This document shows positions 13,463 to 27,273 of a DNA stretch of 64,000 nucleotides, in pieces. The stretch covers positions 62,001 to 126,000 of the forward strand of contig CAUYUJ010000003.1 of assembly GCA_963575745.1 (NCBI GenBank), read 5' to 3'. The stretch's first letter is position 1. The number at the start of each line of letters is the position of its first letter. Made by a program: the position numbers and the translations under genes. Origin of the DNA: Prorocentrum cordatum (taxonomy: Eukaryota). The notes below the pieces were generated by a model that did not search any database, had not been told where the DNA came from, and worked only from the letters and a program-made list of their open reading frames with translations.

Positions 13463-13829
13463 AAAACTGGACACCAAGGCTCCCAAGAGCGAGCGGCAAC
13501 GCAACAATCACCACTGTTGCCCATTGCTAGCCCCTCTCCCCCCCAACCTCCTTATCAGCCGCAGGGTGGTCGTATAGGCACCTATCATGCAAGCGATCCT
13601 TGTTGTCTAATTCAACTGAATCAGACCCCGAACGCCTGATTATAAAAGTGACGTGGGTCAGCTATTGGGGTGGGATCCTATGTAAAGTACAGTACGGAAT
13701 GAGTGGCGGTTCAATTGGGGGGGTGTAGATCCTAATGCTCTTTTAGAACAGAGAATCTATATGGTGAAACGTATGCGGTGCAATTTATGCGGACCGTATC
13801 TAAGTTATGCAAGATAGGCTGCGACAAGC

Positions 13830-14575
13830 TGGCGACGGCAACCATGAAGCCACCAGACCGCCAACCACGCCCAGACGACGAGCAGCGACGTGGCGGCGAC
13901 GGGGCGGCGACGGCGACCACGAAGCCGCCCGACAGCCACTCAGGCCCAAACGACCGGCGGCGAAGAGGCGGCGACGGGGAGGCGACGGTGACCACGGAGC
14001 CGCCACACCGCCACGCCGGCACAGTTTTGCATCACACATCTGTAAAAAACCCTCGTTGCAAGCACTGTGTCAGGAATGTTTGCGTATATACACATACATT
14101 TGATACGTATATATATGTACATATGTGTAGATGTATGTATATGTACGGACGACGTTGCAATGCACGTAAGACAGCAATTTCAAGCAATGCAATGTAATGC
14201 AATGTCAAAGCGGTGCGATTGAAATGCAATGCAATGCACTGCAGGCAGTGCAAGCCGATGCAAAATTATGCAAGGCAATGCAAAGCAATGCAAAGCACAA
14301 CGTGGGAATGCGAAACAATGCCACGCAACAAAAGTCCACACGCCGTGCGGCGACGAGGCAGCGACAGGGCGGCGACGAGGCGGCGACGGCCGGAGCCGCC
14401 CACCAACAACACCCAGACGACGGACGGCGACGAGGCTGCGACGGGGCGGTGAGGGCGACTACGGAGCCGAAAGACCGCCATGCAGGCCCAGACGACGGGC
14501 GGCTACGAGGCAGCGACGGGGCGGCGACGGGGCGGTGACGGCGACTACGGAGCCGCCAGACTGCCACGCAGGCCC
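13830..14575. repeat. ~75-bp GC-rich tandem repeat split by an AT-rich/(ATGCA)n insert
   Basis: Unit gacggcgaccacggagccgcca...cccagacgacgggcggcgacgaggcggcgacggggcggc at 13830-14020 and 14340-14575. Confidence 0.75.
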
Positions 14576-14653
14576 AGTTCCTTAGAAGACAACTGAGGAC
14601 CCCTAAGCGCAACCACTGTTTGGGGAGTTCGATTGACCATAACATTGGCGTGC

Positions 14654-14701
14654 CCGAGAAAACTGCCAAATCCAAGTTTCCATGTCCAAATTACCTGTGT
14701 C
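14654..14701 (-). CDS. Putative exon of unknown host gene X (DTGNLDMETWIWQFSR)
   Basis: Long pyrimidine tract then AG|G acceptor; 48 nt, phase 0; GC donor. Confidence 0.4.
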
Positions 14702-14916
14702 CTCGCTTAGCAGGAAGAGGAGCGGCAACAGTAGGAAAAGGGACGGTAGCAGCAGGAGGAGGAGGAGCAGACAAGCGAAACGCGAGCGGTCAGCGCGAGC
14801 GCGCAACCCGAGGGCGGCCACCTGCAAGAGGGAGCGGCGGGCGGGCCCGAGGCCAGCCAAGTGGACTCCGTCATGATGATGAAAAACATGAGCGATGACG
14901 GGGACGATGATGATGC

Positions 14917-14958
<42 letters not shown>

Positions 14959-15074
14959 GAAACACGAGCGATAATGCTGACGATGGTGATGAGGATGCGA
15001 GCGAGCGAGCGAGCGAGCGTGCCTTGCACCAGACGGCGTGTGAGCAAGGAAAGCAACAGGCTGTCGCAAGATGC

Positions 15075-15131
15075 CTTCAGCAACTGCTCCAAACCGCCAC
15101 TGCCACTTCCAAGGTCGCGCACTGCGCTGCC
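15075..15131 (-). CDS. Putative exon of unknown host gene X (GSAVRDLGSGSGGLEQLLK)
   Basis: tttcctgAG|G acceptor, 57 nt, phase 0, AAG|GC donor. Confidence 0.35.
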
Positions 15132-16214
15132 CTCAGGAAACCGCGGGAACCAACAACTTCCAGACAATTGCACCAGAGAAAAACCCAACAGGTGTTTTTT
15201 TTTTGAACGTTTGACAGGCACCATGCGCGGCCGCAGTTTCGCCGTAGGGCCCGAAGATGCGCCCTAAATTCGGATTCCTTGTCGCCTTTTCGGGCGTACA
15301 ACGGTCGAGACGGCCCAAGAAGCCTCCAAAACAGACGACCTGAGAGGGCCTGTCGAAGGCCCAATACGGTCTCAGGACGGCGGCGCGACTGCCCGAAGAG
15401 ACCGAGCAGACGGCGAAAAGGGCCCCAAGACGGACCTCTTGAGTCTCAAGACTGCTCCACGGAAGCCCAGGACAACCCCGAGACGGGCCGAATGAGCTCC
15501 CAGAAACGAAGTCGAGAGGTGCCGGGTCTGACGGAGTTTTTCTAACGCCTCGTCTTGCCAATGACCATTGTCATTCGCATCGTATCATGAGCAACATCAT
15601 CATCGAACCCAATCATCGTTAAAATGATCATTCTCATCATCTTGACCATCATCATCGTCGGCATTGGGTCTTCGTTGTCATCACCATTCGACCAGCCGGC
15701 GCCCAGATGCCTCTGCCGGCGCGGCGGTGGTATTTGCCGCAAGGCATCTGGATAGTCGCACCACCGATCGACCATTCACAATCGACCGCACTATCAATAG
15801 GGAGATCGATCGCGCGATAGATAGCAAGATCGACTGCGAGGTCGGTAAAAGGGTCGATCGTGAGATCGATCATGACACCGGTAGTGAGGCCGATTGAATG
15901 AGATCCATCGTGAGATCCATAAAGGTATGGATCGTGAAATCGGTAATCATAACGATCATGACATTGATAATGCTATATATTTGGTAAGATGGACGAAGGG
16001 ATCGATCATGAGGTCGACAATGAATTCGATCGTGGGACCGATAAACACATCGATGAAAAGATCGACCAAGAATCCGAGAACCCGGAAACCCAGGAACCCT
16101 GCCGCCCACCGAAGTCGGCCTTATAACCAATAACCAGGAACCATGGAACCCGGAACCGGGAACCTGGGAACCTGGCCGCCCACTGAAATCGGCCGGGAAC
16201 TTGCGCCAAATTTT

Positions 16215-17575
16215 TCAGTCTCCGCTGGACCCCTTCAATGCAAGCACTGATTGGGGAGTTACCTGTTTAAGACACAATGACCCCATGTCTCTCTTGGACA
16301 GACGCGATGTCCTCGGACGGCCGGTTTGCGAAACGCCATGATTCCCCGTGCAAGCTCCGAGCGCAGCAACCGGGTCCGATTCTGGTTTCTGGGCCAGTTG
16401 CGCAGTGGAGAACACCTGTCCTGTAGCGAGGCACACGCACGTTCCCCTTCTTTCCCTCCAGACCTCCGCAGCACCGCTGTATTGGAGACGCGGCTGATGT
16501 ACGCAGATGTGACTCGACCATCTGTCGATGCGTCGCCCTCAGCTGTGCTCAAAAAAGCAGGAAGCCATACATATGTGAGCCTGGATACCGCGCGAGCGTT
16601 GAACATCAGATTTGTTGTTCCTTGGGGTATTTGATTTGGACAGAACCGTACGCAACGTCTTAACATCGCACGTCACTGCATCAAACCTCCAGCCTGGCTC
16701 GGATCCACTCGTGCCGTCTGCCGGCAGCAAAATACAGAGATATGTGAGAAACGATGTGCTCTCCAAGTCTTCACGACATCACGGTGATTTGGAGCATTCG
16801 TCCCCGCGCCCATTAATTCAACCTTCTCCTAACTGATCTGTAAGCCATCATGCATACCACGTGCTTCCACGCAGCGCATCAGCTCATGGCTTCATCAACT
16901 CGGGATCACTGCCGATGAACGGCGCGCCGTCCGCGTATACGAGCTCTCACGCGAACATTTCTTGCGGTTTGTTGTCAAGGTTGCTCTGCACGTCAAGATA
17001 AGCGTTTGTTAACATCATCGTCATGACAATGGTGAAGAGACTTGGTGGCAACGCCCCGCACCCCTGGCCGATGCCGTCAGCTTGCACATGCGAGGACGAT
17101 GTGCGGCCGACGTTTGCAACCACGAAAGTACGGTCCTTGTACATTCCCTGATGTAAGATCATCTGCACGACCTGTTCGGGGCAATCAAACCTGCCCACGG
17201 ACACCGCGAGTGCGTCTGGCGAAACTGAACTCAAGTCTGCCCAGTCTAAAGCGAAATGCATTATCCGCCCATCTCGAGTGGCCCAAGCACCATGCCGCAA
17301 ACACGGCGTCTGTCGTTCTCCGTCTGGTTGTGAAGCCAAGTTCGGTTTCCAGGTCTTGTTTACTCGGCGCGCGCGTTCTTTAGACAACGCAACAATGTCA
17401 TGGCAAACACCTTGTACCCGATGAACAACAAACTGATTGGCCGGTAGTAATCGCACGAGGCCGGGTCTCCCACAGTGTACAGCATACGCCAGAAGTGGAT
17501 GTCATTTCTTCAAGAACTCTTTGTGAATCCAGACCATATTGCGGAACCGGGGTAAGTTCAGCGTTGGCGCACCAT
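16215..17575 (-). mobile_element. Decayed non-LTR retrotransposon (LINE) reverse transcriptase fragment
   Basis: Minus-strand motifs GDPASCDYYRPISLLFIGYKVFA, ELGF...TTDAVF, FALDWA, GIGQGC..LPPSLFTIVMT and ELVYADGAP (YADD-like), with stops and frameshifts. Confidence 0.85.
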
Positions 17576-17579
17576 CGTC

Positions 17580-18035
17580 CGATGATGATGCTGGTTAGAA
17601 GAAGGGTGGGGACGAAGATCAAAGCGAACGGATGCGCCCAGCCAGCATGATGCGGATGACGGCGGCGCTGAAAGGGCGATCGAACGGACAAACCTGGCCA
17701 GATGGCCTCGTCATAATCAAGGGAACGATTGCGATGATGATGCTGGTGATGATTATGATGATGATGCCGAAAAGGACGAGGATAATGACGATGAGAGGGT
17801 GATCGAATGAACGAACCTGGCCGTATGGACTTCGCCGCGATGGTGAACATAAGATGTTAATGATGCTGATGCTGATGGTGTTGATATTGTTGATGATGAT
17901 GATGTTTATGGTGATGGTGATGTTCATGATGGTGGCGATAATGACATTGTTAATGACGATAGTAATGATGAGGTTGACGAGTATGCCGATGACGATGAGG
18001 ATGACGACGACGATGAGAGGGAGACCGAACGATTG
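17580..18035. repeat. Degenerate (GAT)n-rich repeat with recurring gatcgaacg..acctggcc motif
   Basis: Direct observation. Confidence 0.75.
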
Positions 18036-18207
18036 AACTCAGTGATCCAGCGCCAGGTCGCAAAAGACCAGGGCTGCTCCGATGGCCTTCCTCAACTTTG
18101 CCACTTGTTGAGGAGTGGAACTCTGTGCTCGGCGAAGGGCGATCTGTAGACTCTGAGCCCGGAGCCCTTGAGATCTCTATAAGGTTGGCGCTGGGCCGGT
18201 ATCGCAC

Positions 18208-18300
18208 CTCGTGCCCCACGTTGAGGAACCAGGGGTGCTTGCTAATCTGCATCGCGAAGGCGTGCTTGGCACTCTTGTCTTCTTTCAACACGTCATTCAC
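18208..18300 (-). CDS. Putative exon of unknown host gene X (VNDVLKEDKSAKHAFAMQISKHPWFLNVGHE)
   Basis: ttttcgacAG|G acceptor, 93 nt, phase 0, GAG|GT donor, protein-like composition. Confidence 0.5.
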
Positions 18301-18727
18301 CTGTCGAAAACGCGCGGTATCTGCTCCCAAGATCGACACAAGCCGAAGGGCGTCTGGGCGCGAGGGCACGGCGCAGAGAAGACTGGGCCAAAGCCGTTGC
18401 AATGTCCAACCTTGAAAAGTACGCCCGTACCTTTGCGAATCAGCTTGCTTTCGGCTCCGAAAGCTGGGCGGCACGTCGGCTTCAGGGGTATTCAACTATG
18501 TTCAAGACAGCATTGGCAGCCAGACGCGTATGTATATATATATATACAGATATTACGAATTAGCTTGCAGCCCTTTCGTGATTCGCCAGCGGTGTTGTCA
18601 ATTCGGCAAGATGGACATAAGCCATGAACGGCACCCAGGTGCTTGAGTCCTCAGGGGAGCCTTGACCAAGACCTGCATTGTACCGGTTCTGTGATGTTGC
18701 TACAGCTTCTGCTGCCCTTGCCAGACA

Positions 18728-19545
<818 letters not shown>

Positions 19546-20962
19546 TCGTGCGCCAGTATGTGTAGTCCGCGAGTCTGTTCACAACACGCGGTCCCCCCCA
19601 TGACAACGGCACTTCAGGTGCTCCCGCCTTCGGTAAATACCACAAATATCACACCTGCACTGCTCATGCTACTACTGTTGCTACGGGGCCCAGAGTCATC
19701 TGATCATGTGGTAGGGGGCAAGTGGTAAAGAATAAAGGGTAAGGATTTGGTGCATCCGGCTGCTGAACACCGTATGGAGCATCGAACACATCTATGGGGA
19801 GCTTGGGCAAGCCCGCTTCTGATGTTTCTTCCTAGATAATTTATGGAGCATGAGACATCTGCGAGGGGTCGGGGCCTCCTAGCTCTGTGTAAGACACAGG
19901 GCAGATATGAAATCTCGGTGTAAAGTGGGGGGGTACATATCACATTGTATGCCTATGCAGAGACAATCGGCCATGTGAGGAATTTTACTGTTACGCTCAT
20001 ACCGCCATGTGCAGCAGCGTAGCTGTGACTGGTAACACAACTGAACATATATAACTGCACATCCTGGAACTGAACACCCTGGGGCCGGCTCGCTTCCGAG
20101 GAAAACCCAATTCGGTCAAACGGACATAACGAAATTCATATGAGGGGGGCTTGGGTCGGCTCGCCACATATTTGACATCGAAGAAATCAATTGGGACTGG
20201 GATAGGCCCGGTTCCGATCAATTTCAGAAACATAACAACAGATGCGACGAGCTTTTGGTGCGGGGCCTTCGGGGCCCTGGCGCGTATGGCGCCCGAGGGT
20301 GCAGCGTCTGGGTCAACTGACACATCTGGCGCACGTTTCTCGTATGATTCCGACAGGTGTCTTCGGAAATCCGAAGGATGCCCTGAGAACTTCAAAGGAC
20401 TGAGGACCCCGTGGGACTTTCAGGGCCCACTGAGGGCCCTGAAGAGTCCCACGGGTTCCCCAGGCATCCCGAAGAATCTCAGCATAAGCACGTGCTCGCG
20501 AGGTCTGGAGTCCTCCTCCGAAAACTACGACACAACCGAAAGGCTGTCGAGAGGAGCTCCTGATGCATTATGAAATGCCGTAGGTTGTTTCATAAGAACC
20601 GTGAAGAGTTCCGAAACCGTCCTGAGGCACTCCCTGCGTGATCGGATGAAGACCACAAGATACCTGCTGCAACACCAATACGGATCGTCAACCCATCGGG
20701 CGCCAACAATCTCTATCCAGGCGCGTCAGAGGGTGATGGCCAGATTCCCGTGACTAGGTATTTTCCCACTGCTAGAACGACGTGAGCAACAGACTACCAC
20801 CTTCCCAAACTACCAGTAGCCCCAACAACATCAACCAACCAAATGCTTAGCGAACCAACTGAACATCCAAACAAACAACGACCAGCTGACCAAACTACTT
20901 TCCTGCTTCGGATATTCACTTGCATACCACGTGGCAGACTGACACATGGGCTGGCTACAATT

Positions 20963-21137
20963 GGACCTAGAACATAAAAACATCCTTCAATGACGTGAGA
21001 CCCTCCGCCGGCCAAAATGAAGAGCATTCGAGGGTGCTCTCCCTCAGGATGCACAAGAACATCCACCAAATACGAGTAACAGCACGGTACACTCCCCGAA
21101 TCGACTTCGATCTGTTACCTCGGTCCTCGGTCCGACT
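20963..21137 (+). repeat. ~170-bp dispersed SINE-like repeat, copy 1
   Basis: ...tgagaccctccgccggccaaaa...ggatgcacaag...ctccccgaa(c/t)cgac(c/t)tcgatct...ctcggt; also at 22337, 27697 and 62262. Confidence 0.85.
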
Positions 21138-22336
21138 GTCAACCATTTGCCAATTGTCTGGCTGGCAAACTATCCCCCAACTCATGGCACATGGCTTCAA
21201 AATTGCCACCATACCTCCCGTGCCCGACCTCCTGTTTGCCCTCTGCCCTCCTCTCTCTTTCACCGCCATCCTCGTCTTCGTCACCGTCTTCGTCATCGCC
21301 ATCGTCGCTACTCCTCAATGCCATCACCACCCTAACCACGATAATCACAGGCGACGTCCTCACCGTCCTCCTCTTCCTCGTCGCAGTGGTACAGTCGTCT
21401 GGCGCCTCCTCCTCCCCCTCCCCCCCTCTCCTCACCCACCCGTCCTCACCCTTAAGCCGCCCCGCTGGCTCGCCGTCCTCCCGCGCTGACCCATAGCTGC
21501 ACGCCGAGGGGCCCCGAGAGGGCGCCCGGAGGAGCCCCCACGCGGCCAAAGAGAGCCCGAAGGACCGCCCGAGACGCCAAATGGCACGACCTTTTTTTTA
21601 GCCCCCCGACACGCAGCACGCAGCCCGTAGCGTGTTGATGCGGAGCTCAACACGAACGTGCGACAGTGATGAGGGCATCTTGCGAGTTGGCTCTTGCTAT
21701 ATTGGCGCTGGACCCCAATGAGCGCCTCCGACCGAAAGAGTGCTGAGGCATGTCCTGGTGGGCCTGCTTCGAAATAGACTGGCTCATCTTCACCCACTTC
21801 TTCGATGCTCAACACGCGGATTGGAAACGTGGGTCTGGCGCGATGCGTTCGCCAAAACGTGGGTCGACACGTGCGTGAGGCACGGGTTGTGTTTCAACAC
21901 GTGCGTATCGAAGGAAACCCCGATAGCTCACAAGATGGTCCGCAGAGTAATCCCAGACTGGCCGAGCCAATCGAAAACCTAAGGAACTCAAGCAGCTTTT
22001 AGCTCTTCCTGGATCCCTCTGAACATGGCTCCGCGAGAGCCTCCGACGGCCGCAAGAGGTCGTCTGTAAGAGCCCCGGACGGCCCAAACGGGCCCAAGAC
22101 TGCAAACATAAGGAAAGCTGAGTATGGGACGAAGCTTTTTGCGGGGCCCCTAAAGATCCTGGGTGCACCAGGACCGCCGAATGAGAAGCCATGTAAGGAC
22201 CTAAGGAACAGCGAGAACCTTCCGAACCAGATTTTTTAAGACGGGGGCGCGCGGACTCTCACACACCAGCGAGACCTTGTGAACCCCAATCACAAGAAGG
22301 GATGACCTGCGGTGCGACCTCCCCAGGTGCATATCC

Positions 22337-22516
22337 AGACCAAAGACATAATAATATCCTTCACGAATATGAGACCCTCCGCCGGCCAAAATACCCCAAA
22401 CCACGATATCACCCGAGGGTACGTTCCCCCATCATGCACAAACACATCCAACACACACGACGAACAATAGGGTGCCCTCCCCGAACCGACCTCGATCTCA
22501 TACCTCGGTCCGATCG
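22337..22516 (+). repeat. ~170-bp dispersed SINE-like repeat, copy 2
   Basis: Same motifs as the 20963 copy. Confidence 0.85.
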
Positions 22517-23299
22517 TACTTACCCATGTCATTTAACTCCGCGAAGCCCGCCACGCGATGCGCAGCGCGCGGTTATCTCCGCGCCCCCGCGGGGCCACCC
22601 TTGGAGAAAACGGCCGCTTTCCTGCCGAGGCCGTGCCGCGCGAATCGCGACACTCTTCACGCCCCTGGGGGAGACCTGGTACACATCACTGCGACGCGCA
22701 TACCCGTATCCGCGCCCTCGCGGTCTGCATTCCGGGGCGCGATCTGCGGATGCGCGGTCGCACGGATACCTTCCACGCGGGGCATCCGCGAACAAAACGC
22801 CCCGTATCCGCGGGGTCGCGGCCCAGAGGCCCAGCCCGCGAAGCCGTGGATACGGATGTATGTAAGTTAAAAAGGTTTTCTTAAAGTGCGTGTAGATAGG
22901 ACCATGAGCAGCCCAAATCCAGCGTCAAATTTCTGATGCCGAACTTTACGCTCTGCTTTTGGCCTAGCTTCCCCCCCCCTTGGGCCCCGGTTGGACGGAG
23001 GGGGGTGGGAGAGCCCAAAGTGTGATCCGAGCTGCGAGAGATCGTCCATTTCACGTGGGCTCAAGTTTCGACGAAAGCAAGCCTTTTCCCCTGCCAGAGC
23101 GAGCCGTCCCAGCGGGAGGCCATCTCAGCAACGAAGCTCTTGTTGTTCGCCGTGTGCGCGCTGGGGACCTCGCTGGTGCGCGAAGAGGCGGTGGACAGCT
23201 GGGTGGATTGCGCCGCCCACCACTTCGAGGCGTATTACTGGGACGAGCTGTCTCCCATCGCCGCCGGCGACGGGGTGTGCGTCGAGCCCGACGAGGAGC

Positions 23300-23650
23300 A
23301 GGAGGTGGAACCCCATACGTCCATGCCCCCGCAGCGATGGTGCAGAGCCTATCATCGTCCATGGTCCGAGGACAAGAAGGGCCTCATCATGCTGCGGGCG
23401 ACGAGGTTCACGAATACGGCGGGAGAACGCCGATGGGTGGCGATCGCTCTTGCAGGGAGGCTTCAGGTGACCGGCCTCTCGGTGGCAGCGGAGGTGCGAT
23501 CGACCACGTTCGCTGGAGTGGACCACGGAGCTTTCTCAGGCTCGTCTGCTCGAGAACAAGCTCGGCTGACGAGCTCATGATGGATATTATTCCCCTCGTC
23601 CACTGGTTGGACCAATGCTGTGTCGCTGTTTTCCGTCGGGACAAAAAGGG
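23300..23650 (+). pseudogene. DIRS-type RNase H-like remnant
   Basis: RWCRAYHRPW...GAIDHVRWSGPRSFLRLVCSRTSSADELMMDIIPLVHWL resembles the W...W / GRS...CR..AA..L...HW pattern of DIRS RNase H; heavily degenerate. Confidence 0.45.
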
Positions 23651-24318
23651 TCGTCAAGCAGAGAAATGACGGGAGCGCTTGGGGGAATATGACCCATTAC
23701 GTCATTTGTCGGGATGATAGAACGATCTCGTGCAATCCCCGAAGGAAAAATTATCCGATCATTACCTGCGGTCATTTGCATATCATATGCGACAATCGAG
23801 CTCTCGGCTGAGAGCCAATCATTCGCAAGAGGAGCGCTGTTTCTGGCAAGAGTGGGGTGTGAGGATGAAGCTAATACATTGGTCTCCTCGCTCAGGATAG
23901 GTGTCTCTGACATGATTTTCATAGTCCGTTAAGCTGTGAGTAAATGTACTCAAGAGAACAAGGGAAGAGAGGAGGACGGACGGCGACGACACCGACGACA
24001 GTCCGCAACCTTTCAACTCTCGCTCCAATGGGCCCGCGGTGCCCATAAACCACGATCCTTGTACGTGTACCTAAACAGCTACGGCGAACGACGGCAAGGA
24101 GCGAACAAGGAGAGAATAATAACAACCGTTCCGCAAGCTGTTGGGCGACCAAATGGAAATCAGGGGCATGCACGACGACTACGCCCAAGACTTGCATCTC
24201 TGAGCCGGCTGGTCTCCACGACGACCTGCAGCGGCACCGCCAGGGTAAGCGCGGCCAGACAGGCGACCTCAGCGGACGACTCGAACGAGAGGCACGATGA
24301 GACCGCGATTCCGAGGAC

Positions 24319-25542
24319 ATGGACCTACCTTCAGGAGTGAGCTTAGCCATGGTAGCTGTAGATGTGCTCGCGTCGAAAAGAAAGGGCTCTTACGAGACGG
24401 AAATCGCAAAGACCCAAGCTGTCGTGCGTAGGCGACCTTTCGTGCCCATGAAGAAGAAGGGCCCGATGGCTGTCGAGAACGCCGCCGCTGAGAAGCCCAT
24501 CGCAAGGAACTCCCTGGGCGGCGACAAGCTGGAGCGCCCCTTCAGGCTGCTTGTCCACGCCGTGCAGGACGACACGAACAGCGAGTACATCAAAGAAGTG
24601 GAGCCCTCTTTGCGCGACGTGTACCTAAAGCATCTACCTTTCTCAAGCCCAGGAGAGCGAGATCTCACGGTGGCCGCCGAGCCGGACAACCAGTGGTTTG
24701 TGAAGCGGGCACCCTTGAATTGAGGCATCAAACAGTATCACGGCCTGATGCACATCTTCCCCGAATGGAGGTCCGAGATGCCCATCGCACTGAGAGTTCT
24801 ACACAGTTGGGAGAAATACCCAGATATGTGGGAAAGGGGGCCCGCCTCCGTTGAGGCTATCTATTTCGTAGCACGCGAAGCCGTTCCGCGAGGTCGCGTT
24901 GATGAAGGGATGGCTTGTCTGCTCGCTCACGACTGCTACCTGCGAGAACAAGACTGGCTGTAGCTGAGGAGCGAGGACGCCCACGTGAGCCACAGAGACC
25001 CAGAGGACCCCAGATCGATCAAGGTGGCGATCCTGCTGGGACGACGACATCGAGGAGAGAGTGTAACGAGGGGTCAGGAGCAGGGCGTGGCCATTGACGA
25101 CCTGGGGATTGCAGCGGTGCTGGCGCAGCGCGCGCGGTCTGTCCTGAAAAGCGCGCTCGTGTTGAACACCACCGCAGCAAAGGCGGGCACAGTATGGCGA
25201 CAGATATGGTCAGAGAAGCAAATCAGTTGGATGGGACCAGTGCACATGCTGCGAGGTAGTGGACCGAGTCACGACATCCTGCACAAAAGGCGGTCCATCG
25301 ACGAGATCCAGAGGAGAGGCCGGTGGACACAGAGTAAGAGCATGGCACGACACAGCAAGCCGCACTCCGTGAAAGTTCACAACGCCAAACTACTGCCAGA
25401 AGTGAAACGACTGGGACGAGAAGCCAAACATGATCTACGACTTATCCTCCAGAGTATCCGCTCGAGCAACCCGTGGAATGCGGCCAGCTTGGCAGCCATC
25501 CAAATCGTCGGCTCACACGGCTCCAGGCCACGGCGCCCATGA
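24319..25542 (+). pseudogene. Tyrosine recombinase (DIRS-type), two in-frame stops
   Basis: ORFs 24319-24723, 24748-24963 and 24985-25542 share one frame. Box I DCYLR, box II HMLRGSGPSHD, IQRRGRW, and RHSKPH at the catalytic Tyr position (TAC>CAC inferred). Confidence 0.88.
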
Positions 25543-26997
25543 ACGAGTCAGATTGAGATGTGACGGCTTCGCCGATGTAGCCCGTGCCTGCCCGCTGCCC
25601 GAATGCTCTCCTGCTCCCACGTCCGTCTCTCGTCCAAAATATTATGCAATAGAGTCCCACGCTCCCAAGTCCCAATCTTTACATGTGAACCGAGGTTACG
25701 GGGTGTGGGAATGTTTTCTCGGAATGCTGGCCCTCGACACCTTGAATTCGCAGGTGCCCCGGTGCCCCGGTGACCCGGGGCCCTTGTGCGAGGCCCAGCT
25801 GCCACCGTCGGCGGCGGAGAAGCTTTGGAGTGGCGTGCTGAGCGTGCCGCGGTGGGGTGAAAAATCATGTCTCGCCTGCTCATCGCTCCGTCTTAGGATA
25901 CATGTTTGTTCACGGGCGTTCGTAGGGTGCGTGTAGGTAGGGCCGTGAACAGCCCCAAATCCATGTGAAAATAACTTCTCGCCTTCCCATCGCTCCGTCT
26001 TAGGATATGTTTTCGCCCGTGAAAGCACCCATCTGGACTTGTTTGGGGGGCGTGCGGACTCTCGCGCCCACCAGTGCGGAATTGGCCAGCGTCCGAATCC
26101 GCGCGTTCTCCAGCGCGGAACGGCCGGGCCCAGCATCACTACTTTTTGTTTCGGCGGCTGATTCGTGGCCCTCGTGTGGCGCAAGAAGACGTCTATTCCC
26201 CCCCAGACCGGAGCCAAGAGTACTTCCAGGTGCACACCAGTACAGGCAGGACAAAATGTAATTGCGGTGGCGGTGTCAAACTATCAACGCTGGTCACCAT
26301 TTGTGTTGCTGGTCCTGCGATCACAGCTGATGCTGCTTCCACTCCTGCCGCTACTCCTGTGTGTCCTGCTGCTGCAATTGCCGATGAAGACGCTATTGCT
26401 GTTGCTCATGGTGCTGATGCTGCTCACGCAGGCCGCCACCTCTGCTATTGCTGCTGCTACTGCATCTACTGGTGCTGCCACTGCTTCCCGTACTTGTGCC
26501 ACTGTTGCTTCACTGGCTGCTGTTGTTGCTACTACTTGTGGGCTGTGCTGCTGGGAATTCTGGGAAGGTAAGCTCTGGGGCGCGACGACTGTTCAGGACA
26601 GGGGCAGGGCCGGCACCCAGGCGATGACACTATTTTGGGTTGGGGGTGTGGCTGGCGCTGGGGAGGAAAGCTCAGACTGAACTGGGCACGTGGATTGCGC
26701 TACGGCGGAAGCAATTCTGGGCTGATAGTGCCGTCTGTGCTGAGGCAAAGACACCACTCTCAGCAGGGAATGGCAACTTTGGCAGCGGAAGCACCATACC
26801 CTGGGTTCGCCGTCCTTCTCAAGAGTCAGTAACTTGCGAGGACCTCCCACGTGAAAGGTTTGGGAAGGCCAGTCAGTGCGCATGTCCCCAAGTGCGCATT
26901 ACGAATCCCACCTGGACGGGCTCAAAGAGGAAATTACAATTTGTATCAGCTGCCAGGTAACTGCTGCATGCAAGAATCTGCATATGCTAACCGCGAC

Positions 26998-27060
26998 CTC
27001 TCCGATGAGGCCCTTGACCTTCTCGACGATTTCTGTATTTTCCCCATTCGGAACAGTAGC
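26998..27060 (-). CDS. Putative exon of unknown host gene X (ATVPNGENTEIVEKVKGLIGE)
   Basis: aAG|G acceptor, 63 nt, phase 0, GAG|GT donor. Confidence 0.4.
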
Positions 27061-27242
27061 CTTCCACCCCGTCTCGACTTTTCCGAGCAGTCTGCAATCT
27101 TCCTCGCAAACTCCTCCGTGCAACGCATCTGCACCCTCGGTAGGCCCCCTTCCACCTGCTCTTCGCGACAATCGCCCTCTTCAACGTAGCTCGACTGATG
27201 CCATGGTTTCTGCCCAACCGTCAACTCTCGCACCCTCCTCTC

Positions 27243-27273
<31 letters not shown>

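Larger units (their letters stand above)
22886..26012 (+). mobile_element. Tyrosine-recombinase retroelement (DIRS order, Ngaro/PAT-type split direct repeats), internally deleted and decayed
   Basis: A1 22886-22921 ~ A2 25927-25963; B1 25857-~25907 ~ B2 25965-~26012; order A1-ORFs-B1-A2-B2. Contains a YR pseudogene and an RNase-H-like remnant. Confidence 0.8.

Noticed and set aside
15075..15131. VRDLGSGSG as SAM-binding motif I making gene X a methyltransferase
   Set aside because: Single short motif in an uncertain exon; no downstream Rossmann motifs found
23043..23065. SL-like ccatttcacgtgggctcaag near the 5' end of the YR element
   Set aside because: Needs an insertion and mismatches; only GGCTCAAG is exact, which is expected by chance
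25545..25856. Remnant DNMT domain downstream of the tyrosine recombinase
   Set aside because: Only vague resemblance (ARAC, YG.W, LPP); no PC or ENP motif readable; needs a profile search
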